From Eledone cirrhosa (taxonomy: Eukaryota), in contig OZ024740.1 of NCBI GenBank assembly GCA_964016885.1, forward strand, positions 135,594,001 through 135,658,000: DNA of 64,000 nucleotides. The letters are read 5' to 3'. This document shows, piece by piece, positions 1-11,425 of this stretch; the first letter of the stretch is position 1, and every line of letters begins with the position of its first letter. The notes under the pieces are model-generated. The model saw only the letters and a list, made by a program, of their open reading frames with translations, did not search any database and was not told the DNA's origin. The position numbers and the translations under genes were made by a program.

Positions 1-2062
1 ACCAGTCTAAACGCTCCGCCTTCACCACTGCCAATGTCCAGAACCATTAGTCGACCCTCCGGGTCCAAATGTACCGTCTGTGTTGCGAGACCCAGATGGT
101 TTTGCAGCAGAACGACAACCCCACTCCCACCTCCGGGCTGACAGAGATGCGTGCATCTCAAAGTCATCAAAGGTGGGGGCCAGCTGTCGCACGTTGCTGA
201 TCCGGGCCTCGCAAATAACCATCACATCTATACGTAAATAACTATACATCTACAAATTTTTTAGGAGGACGCGGTTAATGGGCCTGACGCAGGAGGGGCC
301 CACGTCCTCTTTAAAGTTGTTTTTTAGCGTTTTATATGTGTCCTCTGGGGCCTTAATCATTTTGAGGTGGGGGAAATCCCCTGCCTGGGTGAAGTTAGGT
401 CCTTGGGTTTTCACTAAATTGTTGTTGTATACAATGTTTAGCAGTTTTTTTATTTCTTGTGTTTATGTATGTGTATGCATGTTTTTGTTTTTGTGTGGTG
501 TTTTTTGTTTGCTGTTGTTGTGTGCTCTTTTGTGTTGGTGTCTGTGTTATGTTTTGGGGAGGGGTTGTTTTCATTTGTGTGTCTGAGGTGTGTTTTCTTT
601 TTTTCCTTTTGATTGTGTGGAAGTGCTCCTCCTCGTCTGACGACGAACGAGGGTCATCTTCCGTGTTGGAGGGGAGGGGTAAATCTTTGGGTTGTGTTTG
701 CGGTGCGGGTGTTTTTTTTTTAGTGGGGGGGATGAGTTGGACAGTGTTTTGTTTTGGTTTGAGCTGTGGTTGTTGTTTTTGTAGTGGTGATTGTGTTGGT
801 TGTGCAGTTGTTGGTGGTGTAGGCAGGATTGGGGTTTTCTTTTTAAGTTGAGGACAGACAGCCTTCAGGTGACCTCTGGTTCCACAGAGGTAACACGAGG
901 GCCGCCTACCCTCAACAGTAATGTTAATAAAAGTTAGATCATCCAGTATGACGCGTTCAGGGATCTGGGCGATCCTTTTGGACCTCATTTGAACTACAAG
1001 TTCGAGACCCGTTCCACAGAACGCGTCATCCTATGCCTTTCCCATGGATATTAATGTGTCGTCGTCTAAGTCCAGGAAACCTGTTAATACCCACCATATG
1101 TCCATAATCGGAAGGATGGTGTGAATTTTTATTTTTTGTGTCCTTCTACCCAAGTACGTAGGGTAGAAGGTGGATGTGATCGGTTTTATTGACAGTTTCG
1201 CTGCCGTGTCCCTGTTCTTCATGAGAATGGATAGACTCCCATAGAGTCAATCCTTCTGAATGAATATGATGTCTTTCATGACATCTTTTAAAACCAGCTT
1301 TATCTCACTCTGTGATGGTTGAGCTGGTTTTTTGTTTTTGTTTGAGACTGTCCTAAACATGACAGTGTTTAGGAGTCTCTGGCTTTTTAGTTCCAGGCGA
1401 GCGGGGGGGGGGGGTCGAAAATGATCCATTTTCCCCGTACACTACGTATTTTTTGGCATCAGCCAGTAGCTCCTTAGCTTTGCTTATATCTACTGACAGA
1501 TAGTCGAGGGTTTTCCTTGCAGTCTGAGCGAAGGAGACCTTTTCCTTGTTCGTGTTGCTGTTGTTGTTATCATTGTTGTTGGTGTTGTTGTCTTTATTGT
1601 TGCTGTTGTTGTTGTTTTCAGTTTCTTGTATAGTTGTGGCTACATCAAGTTGTCAGTCAGCAGGTGGAGAAAGTTCTTCCTCTGGCTGACCTCTGCCTTT
1701 GGCATCTGCTGCTGTGACAGTGGCAGGGGGAAGCTGTGAGTTTAACTTCCCTTTTCTTCCTTTGAATGTTGGTGAAGATGCTTCAGCCATTTTTATCAAA
1801 GTAAGATTTTTCGAAATCTTTCGAAAGATAAAAACTTTTGAGTGATCTAAATCAGTTATAAACATTTATATTTATATTTGTCAGATTTCCAACAAATTAA
1901 ATACTCCTTCTAAAGGCGTAGAATATTTTGAGAGACTGACCAGATCAAAATTTGACCTGGCAGTCCCTCTACAAAATGGTACAAAAATGAAAGTTTACAG
2001 TTAGGAATTTCTATGGAAATTTAGGCAGAACTTACCCAGCAAGTTTCATGCGTGTGTCCATC
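1..2062 (-). mobile_element. 5' part of an L1/Tx1-like non-LTR retrotransposon (disrupted ORF1 with zinc knuckle, start of ORF2 endonuclease running off the window)
   Basis: Minus-strand ORF 395-988 has a CCHC knuckle (CYLCGTRGHLKAVC) followed by a Pro/Thr/Gln-rich tail. Upstream pieces (1031-1222, 1247-1429, 1653-1865) look like the rest of ORF1 broken by stops and frameshifts (poly-G near 1404-1414). ORF 22-249 'LRIDVMVICEAR' resembles the APE endonuclease 'D(I/V)xxLQET' motif. The 5' end abuts a (GATA)/(TA) microsatellite. Confidence 0.7.
395..988 (-). pseudogene. Gag-like ORF1 fragment with CCHC zinc knuckle (retroelement)
   Basis: C-X2-C-X4-H-X4-C motif in the translation; part of the element at 1-2062. 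Confidence 0.7.
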
Positions 2063-2065
2063 CCA

Positions 2066-2092
2066 GATAGATAGATATAGATATATATATAG

Positions 2093-2174
<82 letters not shown>
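2066..2174. repeat. (GATA)n/(TA)n microsatellite
   Basis: Visible directly. Confidence 0.95.
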
Positions 2175-2177
<3 letters not shown>

Positions 2178-2473
2178 GGAAACTATATTTATAAAACCAT
2201 ATTTATTTTATTATATTGGATGAGAATATCCAACTGATAAGGTATGATTTTCCTGGGTATGTCTCTATTTATAAAACAAACTTTGTATTTTATCTGAAGA
2301 AAGCTTACCAAAGTGTTTTGGTACCCTTGAAATATATATAATAAAATAAATATAGTTTCCATTTATTTAATATTATTGAATATTTACTCCAGGAACTTTT
2401 GAGTGATCTAAATCAGTTATAAACATTTATATTTATATTTGTCAGATTTCCAACAAATTAAATACTCCTTTTA

Positions 2474-2476
<3 letters not shown>
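2175..2476 (+). mobile_element. Short non-autonomous element between (TA)n tracts, with an internal inverted repeat and a hammerhead motif (Penelope/retrozyme-like)
   Basis: AATGGAAACTATATTTAT (2175-2192) is the reverse complement of ATAAATATAGTTTCCATT (2346-2363). Flanked by (TA)n on both sides. Contains the hammerhead at 2286-2348. Confidence 0.55.
2286..2348 (+). ncRNA. Putative minimal type I hammerhead ribozyme
   Basis: Stem I TATTTTAT (2286-2293) pairs with ATAAAATA (2341-2348). Core CTGAAGA at 2294-2300. Stem II AAG/CTT encloses the hairpin TACCAAA/TTTGGTA. GAAA at 2329-2332. Palindromic stem III ATATATAT, with an AUA cleavage triplet ending at 2340. Confidence 0.6.
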
Positions 2477-2532
<56 letters not shown>

Positions 2533-2565
2533 GTAGATTTATATATATATATATAGATATATATA
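2477..2565. repeat. (TA)n microsatellite
   Basis: Visible directly. Confidence 0.95.
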
Positions 2566-3083
2566 AAAAAGAAAATATCGCTCTACATGGCTGAATACAA
2601 TAAATGTAATCTAAGTTTTTTGAATATTAATAATAAGATTCGATTCATTTGCAATTATGCAAACAAGCCTCAATTTTATAGCCATGTCAGTAGAATGAAC
2701 ACTTCAATCTTGCTCTTGTTTTGGCATGTGAAGAGAACTGCAGACACTAATGTTTCTGGGTATCACCTTCATCACTTTTCTCCTGCCAAACTGTCAGAGC
2801 TAGTGAAATATGCTATTTTCAAAAATACACAATGACTGATCGGCCTGATTTGCATATTAGCAGACTGGCTGATCAGTCAGATCTGCATATTAGCAGATCC
2901 ACTGATCAGCCTGATTTGCATATCAGCAGACTGGCCAGTCAGGTTCCTGTATATGAGCGATAAATGGCAAGCTTTGTCAAATTCAAATAAAAAAAGAAAA
3001 TTATTAATAACATTCCATTCGTTTGCAATTATGCAAATAAGCATCAATTTTTGTGTACTTTTGAAAATAGCATATATTTTCAC

Positions 3084-3720
<637 letters not shown>

Positions 3721-3786
3721 TCATATATAATAGAGTCTTAGGAAGCTATATCTTGAAACAAATATGTTTCCAAAGAAGAATATAGT

Positions 3787-6700
3787 GTTAAACCTGCTAT
3801 ATTCTATGACGTCAGACCTGCTATATTCTATGACGTCAGACATGCTATATTCTATAACGTCAGACCTTCTATATTCTATGACGTCAGACCTGCTATATTC
3901 TATGACGTCCGACCTGCTATATTCTATGACGTCAGACCTGCTATATTCTATGACGTCAGACCTGCTATATTCTATGACGTCAGACCTGCTATATTCTATG
4001 ACGTCAGACCTGCTATATTCTATGACGTCAGACCTGCTATATTCTATGACGTCAGACCTGCTATATTCTATGACGTCAGACCTATATTCTATGATGTCAG
4101 ACCTGCTATATTCTATGACGTCAGACCTTCTATATTCTATGACGTCATACCTGCTATATTCTATAACGTCGGACCTATATTCTATAACGTCAGATCTGCT
4201 ATATTCTATGACGTCAGACCTGCTATATTCTATGACGTCAGACCTTCTATATTCTATGACGTCAGACCTGCTATATTCTATAACGTCAGATCTGCTATAT
4301 TCTATGACGTCAGACCTGCTATATTTTATGACGTCAGACATGCTATATTCTATGACGTTAAACCTGCTATATTCTATGACGTCAGACATGCTATATTTTA
4401 TAACGTCAGATCTGCTATATTATATGACGTCAGACATGTTATATTCTATAAAGTCAGACCTGCTATATTCTATGACGTCAGACATGCTATATTCTATAAC
4501 GTCAGACATGCTATATTCTATAACGTCAGACATGCTATATTCTATGACGTCAGACATGCTATATTCTATGACGTCAGATCTACTATATTCTATGACGTCA
4601 GACCTGCTATATTCTATGACGTCAGACCTGATATATTCTATGACGTCAGACCTGATATATTCTATGATGTCAGACCTTCTATATTCTATAACGTCAGACC
4701 TGCTATATTCTATGACGTCAGACCTTCTATATTCTATGACGTCAGATCTACTATATTCTATGACGTCAGACATGCTATATTCTATGACGTCAGACCTGCT
4801 ATATTCTATGACGTCAGATCTGCTATATTCTATAACGTCAGACCTGCTATATTCTATAACGTCAGACCTGCTATATTCTATAATGTCAGACCTGCTATAT
4901 TCTATGATGTCAGATCTGCTATATTCTATGACATCAGACATGCTATATTCTATGACGTCAGACATGCTATATTCTATGACGTCAGACCTGCTATATTCTA
5001 TGACGTCAGACCTGCTATATTCTATGACGTCAGACCTGCTATATTCTATGACGTCAGACCTGCTATATTCTATGACGTCAGATCTACTATATTCTATGAC
5101 GTCAGACATGCTATATTCTATGACGTCAGACCTTCTATATTCTATAACGTCAGACCTGCTATATTCTATGACGTCAGATCTGCTATATTCTATAACGTCA
5201 GATCTGCTATATTCTGTGACGTCAGACCTGCTATATTCTATGACGTCAGACATGCTATATTCTATGACGTCAGACCTTCTATATTCTATGACGTCAGACA
5301 TGCTATATTCTATGACGTCAGACATGCTATATTCTATGACGTCAGACATGCTATATTCCATAACGTCAGACATGCTATATTCTATGACGTCAGACCTTCT
5401 ATATTCTATAACGTCAGACATGCTATATTCTATAACATCAGACATGCTATATTCTATAACGTCAGACATGCTATATTCTATGACGTCAGACATGCTATAT
5501 TCTATGACGTCAGACCTGCTATATTCTATGACGTCAGACATGCTATATTCTATAACGTCAGACATGCTATATTCTATAAAGTCAGACCTGCTATATTCTA
5601 TGACGTCAGACATGCTATATTCTATAACGTCAGACATGCTATATTCTATAAAGTCAGACCTGCTATATTCTATGACGTCAGACCTGCTATATTCTAAGAC
5701 GTCAGACATGCTATATTCTATGACGTCAGATCTACTATATTCTATGACGTCAGACCTTCTATATTCTATGACGTCAGACCTGCTATATTCTATAACGTCA
5801 GACATGCTATATTCTATGACGTCAGACATGCTATATTCAATAACATCAGACATGCTATATTCTATAACGTCAGACATGCTATATTCTATAACGTCAGACA
5901 TGCTATATTCTATGACGTCAGACCTGCTATATTCTATGACGTCAGACATGCTATATTCTATAACGTCAGACATGCTATATTCTATAACGTCAGACATGCT
6001 ATATTCTATGACGTCAGACCTGCTATATTCTATAACGTCAGACCTGCTATATTCTATGACGTCAGACATGCTATATTCTATAACGTCAGACATGCTATAT
6101 TCTATAACGTCAGACATGCTATATTCTATGACGTCAGATCTGCTATATTCTATGACGTCAGATCTGCTATATTCTATAACGTCAGACCTGCTATATTCTA
6201 TGATGTCAGACATGCTATATTCTATGACGTCAGACCTGCTATATTCTATGACGTCAGACATGCTATATTCTATGACGTCAGACCTATATTCTATGACGTC
6301 AAGCATGCTATATTCTATGACATCAGACATGTTATATTCTATGACGTCAGACCTTCTATATTCTATGACGTCAGACATGCTATATTCTATAACGTCAGAC
6401 CTGCTATATTCTATGACGTCAGATCTACTATATTCTATGACATCAGACATGCTATATTCTATAACGTCAGACATGCTATATTCTATAACGTCAGACATGC
6501 TATATTCTATGACGTCAGATCTGCTATATTCTATAACGTCAAAACTGCTATATTCTATGATGTCAGACATGCTATATTCTATGACGTCAGACCTGCTATA
6601 TTCTATGACGTCAGATCTACTATATTCTATGCCGTCAGACATGCTATATTCTATAACGTCAGACCTTCTATATTCTATAACGTCAGACCTGCTATATTCT

Positions 6701-7030
6701 ATGACGTCAGACCTGCTATATTCTATCACGTCAGACCTTCTATATTCTATAACATCAGACCTGCTATATTCTATGACGTCAGATCTGCTATATTCTATGA
6801 CATCAGACATGCTATATTCTATGACGTCAGACATGATATATTCTATGACGTCAGACCTGCTATATTCTATGACGTCAGATCTACTATATTCTATGACGTC
6901 AGACATGCTATATTCTATAACGTCAGACATGCTATATTCTATAACGTCAGACATGCTATATTCTATAACATCAGACATGCTATATTCTATGACGTCAGAC
7001 ATGCTATATTCTATAACGTCAGATCTACTT
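3787..7030. repeat. 24-bp minisatellite, ~135 copies, consensus CTGCTATATTCTATGACGTCAGAC
   Basis: Tandem 24-mer visible directly; 3244 bp / 24 gives ~135 units. A few 21-bp units occur near 4081, 4174 and 6283. It produces the 8-residue repeat ORFs on both strands. Confidence 0.97.
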
Positions 7031-7133
7031 TACTTTGTCAGGTCTACACAATTCATTTTTTCAAATTTTTGAATCAATGAAATGTAATTGTTATTTAAAG
7101 ATTATTTCTACTAATTCTTCATTTGTTCTACAG

Positions 7134-7216
7134 ATGACATATCAATTTCTCCTGCTGAACAGTATGTCAATGAAACAGAATCTGATGTTTACCAAAATGT
7201 GGCCATATCCAATCCA
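7134..7216 (+). CDS. Amph: Probable internal exon of amphiphysin/BIN1-like gene (linker region, DISISPAEQYVNETESDVYQNVAISNP)
   Basis: Acceptor ttcatttgttctacag and donor gttagt. Open frame ends in phase 0, compatible with the next exon. No homology evidence for this segment itself. Confidence 0.6.
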
Positions 7217-7400
7217 GTTAGTAATATTAAATTTCACCTTTTTTAGTATATGTTAATTATTAGCTACAAATTTTCTCTTATCCATCAAATTGCTCTGTTT
7301 TTACTTTAATATTCACTATCCTGTTAGTTTTTTCTCAACTAATTCTTTATCACTTGTCCATAACATTGTTATATTTCTCTCACCAAATCTCATTATTTCT

Positions 7401-7587
7401 TTGTGGATTGGCAGTATCGGTAGAGGGTCGGACGCCATGCTTTCCAGCATAGTTACGTCCCTTTACGGTCTGAGTTCAAATCCCGCCGAGGTTGACTTTG
7501 CCTTTCATCCTTACGGGGTCGATAAAATAAAGTAACAGTAATGCACTGGGTAATTGCTGGCCTTGTGCCTAAACTAGAAACAATTAT
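7401..7587 (+). mobile_element. tRNA-derived SINE, family A
   Basis: A-box-like TGGCAGTATCGG, B-box GAGTTCAAATCC, body GACTTTGCCTTTCATCCTT.CGGGGTCGATAAAATAAAGTA shared with copies at ~16940, 20330, 20740, 20940 and 21590. Confidence 0.8.
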
Positions 7588-7739
7588 TTCTTTAAGAGTT
7601 TTATTAGTATATTTTAAAAAAATCTTAATCATTCTTTTGTAACTTTAAGAAGAATGTAATTTAGTTGGATGATATGATATGAGCACTGATTAACCCTTTC
7701 GTTTACATATGATACAGTGTGTATTAAGGCTAATCTTTT

Positions 7740-7916
7740 GAATTACAAGTACAATCCATTTTCTAGACTTCCACACAGTTTTTACTCAATTTCACTCACA
7801 AGGATTTGGTTGTCTTGGACTTATGGTAGAGGGTACTTGCCCACACTAGGCCCTTATTGAACCTAGGTCCTTATGATTGTTTGGGGAACCTTTTAGCCAC
7901 TCAGCCATGCCTGCAC
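7740..7916 (-). mobile_element. Degenerate tRNA-derived SINE
   Basis: Reverse complement begins GCAGGCATGGCTGAGTGG (A box) followed by GGTTCAAT (B-box-like). A related copy lies at ~27780-28020. Confidence 0.55.
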
Positions 7917-7967
7917 CCTTATATCCATATAAACAAGTGGGGTAATTTATATTTTAACTATGTACAG

Positions 7968-8180
7968 GAACACCCTAACAGTGGAGATGAAGGAATCTTT
8001 CAACGTACATCACCAAGTTTACAGGCTTCTGCTAAACCATCTGAGGATTCTGCAGGCTCAGTAAGTGTCTGTGAAGAGAATGTTTCAGAATATCAGTCAT
8101 GCCTTGAGGATTCTGGTCTCTATGAAGTGCCCCCAAGCAATCAGTCCCTAAAAAGGTTACCAGATGGTGTACTATATCAA
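7968..8180 (+). CDS. Amph: Amphiphysin/BIN1-like exon (EHPNSGDEG...GLYEVPPSNQSLKRLPDGVLYQ), includes start of SH3
   Basis: Acceptor tgtacag and donor gtatgt; 213 nt = 71 codons. 'LPDGVLYQ' matches the 'LPPG(V/F)LY(R/K)V' start of amphiphysin SH3 domains and splices in frame to 17579. Confidence 0.8.
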
Positions 8181-8429
8181 GTATGTATTCTCTTCTGTTT
8201 GTTTGTTTTTTATTCTGGTTTTGCTTTTTCTTTACTGAATTTTAAATTGATAATTCAAGTTAAGAAATTAATATTGCCAGCTCTACATTCAAATATTATT
8301 TAGGTAAGATGCAATATAATGTATAAGTTCTTGAACTAACTTGATGTTTGACACACCTCAGATAAATAACTCACAATTTTGAGTTCCAATTACATTAGAG
8401 CTGTTGGACAACAGATCATTCAGGAGGCT

Positions 8430-10400
8430 ATCGTCATCACCATCATCGTTTAACGTCCATCTTCCACGCTAGCATGACTGATTGTACTGCCCAGAAAAGT
8501 AAAGTGGCTTGCCTCTGCCAGCTCCTGCAACTTAAATAATGCTGGACTCAGTTTGTGTCACTTTCTTTATTCAAGCCAATATTTGATTGATAAAGACTTT
8601 CAGTCTACATGCTGTTAATTTTCAAACCAAACTTCATGGCTATACTATAGTAAACATCCACCAAATTCTGCACAATGAGAGACAAGGATGTAATCATCTG
8701 CAAACAATATTTCTTTCACTAATATATATATATTTTTGGTCTTAGCTTTGAGGCGCCATATCTTGAAGAGGTTAAAATTAGTCTTGTCTGGCTGGATGTG
8801 TATACCTTCAGCTGAGTTGCAAAATGCATCACTGATAGTGTGAATAATGTTGGCACTAACACACAGCCCTGCTTGAATCCTACTGTAATATCACGCTGTG
8901 CAGAGCTGGATTTCACCTATGTGATCTGTGCCTTCATGTCAGTGTATAGGGATTCTTTATATAACTGAACTTTTCTGAGCCTCTGAACTCCTGAATAACT
9001 GCCACAGGTCTGATCGTTAAATGTAAGGAGTTTGTCTTCTCCATCTTATTTCACATTTCTGCTGCTATCTCGTCCATGCCTGGTGTCTGAGAGTTATCTG
9101 TTTGTGACCAATGCCTCCTCTATCCATGGGGAATCATCCATGGATACATCAGTATTGTGATGCAATACATTTTCCAAGGTTTCCTGCATAACATGCCCTG
9201 TTATATCGAGCATTGTTGATTTATCAGCTGGCTGGCTGGTACACCTATTCTGATGTTCGTTTAGATCCTTTAGTCCAGCACAGAAGCTACATGTTTTATT
9301 GAAAACAGTAAAATTTAGTTTTTCCAGTATTCCAACTTCATTTTACAGGTGTAATGATGCAGTCTTCCTTTGGCTTTTCTAAATTTAACAGACCTTAATT
9401 GAGTGTTGGGAACCCTGAGAAATTTTCTAGCAAACTTGGTTGTTCTGTTCTAACAATTAAACAAAAGTGGTATCCCTACCAGCAAATCAGTCTTGTGTTT
9501 CCTTGTTGGCTTCAGAAGCATAGCTTTAGCTGTATCATGCACCATTGTTTAAAGTGAGGACCATCTTGCTTTCATGCTACCTGTTTTTATTTGAATTTCC
9601 CAAGGTTCAAGAGCCTCATCCGTATTTCTTTCCAGAATGGACACTACATTCCTATCTGCCAAGATTAGTGCACCTGGGATGTCTGGTCCTGTTCTGTTTA
9701 GAGACTACTTTGATGGTTTTTGTCAAAGCAGTTGGTTATCTATACTACAGTTTGCTTCTCACATTATCTATATAGTGTGTACATCACTTTTGTTGTGCTA
9801 CATAGTTATAGTGTAGTCTAGATGCTAATACTTTGAGTGCATATGCATCCAGGTCTCTTTCTGTTCTTATTTCAGTTTAAAGATTATGTTGGCACTGATG
9901 AAACACTACATGGAACACAAAGTGAGAAGTTCCTCATTTGTGTTGCATTTCCCCATACCATGTTTACCATTAAAAGCATGCTACTTTATTGCTTCTGTTC
10001 ATCACAAATATTGAAATCATCCATTAGTACCAGTTTGGCTCTCTGGCGTACATTGTATATGGTCGTTTGCAGACCTTTGTTGAACTTTTTTGCACCATTA
10101 TGGTTAATTATTGTGGGAGTATATATCAAGGTAGTATAGTGTCCTTTTTTGATGGGAGCCCTCACATACATTACCCCAATTCTATTAGTAATTGGCTTTT
10201 GTTCTAATTTGACCATAATACTGTTTTGTAAAACACACACCTAAACATGTCTTTGTTCAACTAACTTCCCCACTCCAAAAGAATGTATACTTCACATCTA
10301 TGATACTGTGATATTCAGCAGCTAAGTTGATGTATATTTCCTACTCCAGTGTCGTGATTGCAGAACACATCTGATGATCAATCTCTCCAAATGTCTAGTT
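8430..10400 (-). mobile_element. Old degenerate RTE/BovB-like LINE
   Basis: Minus-strand fragments: RT motif 'VGFKQGCVLVPTLF' (8719-8916, cf. GVKQGCVLAPTLF) and endonuclease-like 'TLIYTPT...KLVLMDDFN' (9986-10240). Many stops and frameshifts. Confidence 0.7.
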
Positions 10401-11425
10401 ATATTCTAATATTCCATTGAGCCAGATAAATGCTCAATTTCTTGCATCCTTTGCTGTTGTTCAGGGAAAGAGAGAGTAAGTGTGATCTTTAATGATCTGA
10501 ATGGTAATTGATCTGGTGTACTTTAGAACTTATCAACGTTATTTGATTAGACTGCTTGCAAAAGATTTAACCCTTTAACATTTAAACCGGCTGTATCTGG
10601 CCAGAATTCTCTCACCTCTTTCTCTTCAAACTGGCTGCTCATACTGACATTAAGATATGGTTCTCAAAATAAATAATATCAAAATCTTGAAGATTCAATA
10701 TTTTTTGTGAGATAATTATGTAAGATAAAGCCTTTACCATGGAAATATTATAGTAGATATAGTGATCATCATCATCATCGTTTAACATCCATCTTCCACA
10801 CTTGCATGGGTTTGGATGGGAATTTTCCCACTTGAGGCAAGATTGGTTGTCTTGCTCGTATAGGACTGTCTGGCGGGTTTTCTACGGCTGGATGCCCTTC
10901 CTAACACCAACCACATTTACAATGTGGACTGAGAGGTTTTTACCGTGTTACCTACACGGCCACATTACAGCGTGGACTGTGTGTTTTTTTTTGTCGTGAC
11001 ACTTACACGACCTCATTTATTTCAGACTGGATGTTGTGGTACCAACATAACTTTACATTGAAGGGGGTGGTGTGGATGGGGTGAGGGTAGTGGGACAAGG
11101 GTGTATTTTTGTTAAGAGGTGCCTACTGACTGTAGGTTTCAATTTGTACTTAGGCAAGGCGGATCTTCTGTATTACTATGTAGCACCAAAGATCTCGGTC
11201 CAGTGACATTTTCTTGGAGAGGTGTAAGTGTGTGAGGTCGGAATTTATCAAGCCGTCCCAGGTTTTTCTGGGTCTGCCTACTCCGTGGCTACTGTCTATT
11301 TTTATCGCCCTGCACTTTTTTATACAGCTGTCGTCTTTCATGCGCATCACGTGACCGTACCAACGTAGTCTTCTCTTGAGTAAACAACATCTGATCCCTC
11401 TTATTCCTAATTTCTCCCTTAGTTC

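Noticed and set aside
278-851. Cys/Val/Phe-rich plus-strand ORFs suggesting membrane proteins
   Set aside because: Antisense shadows of the A/C-rich retroelement ORF1.
3787-7030. CRISPR-like array
   Set aside because: Contiguous tandem 24-mers with no unique spacers and no cas genes, in a eukaryotic context.
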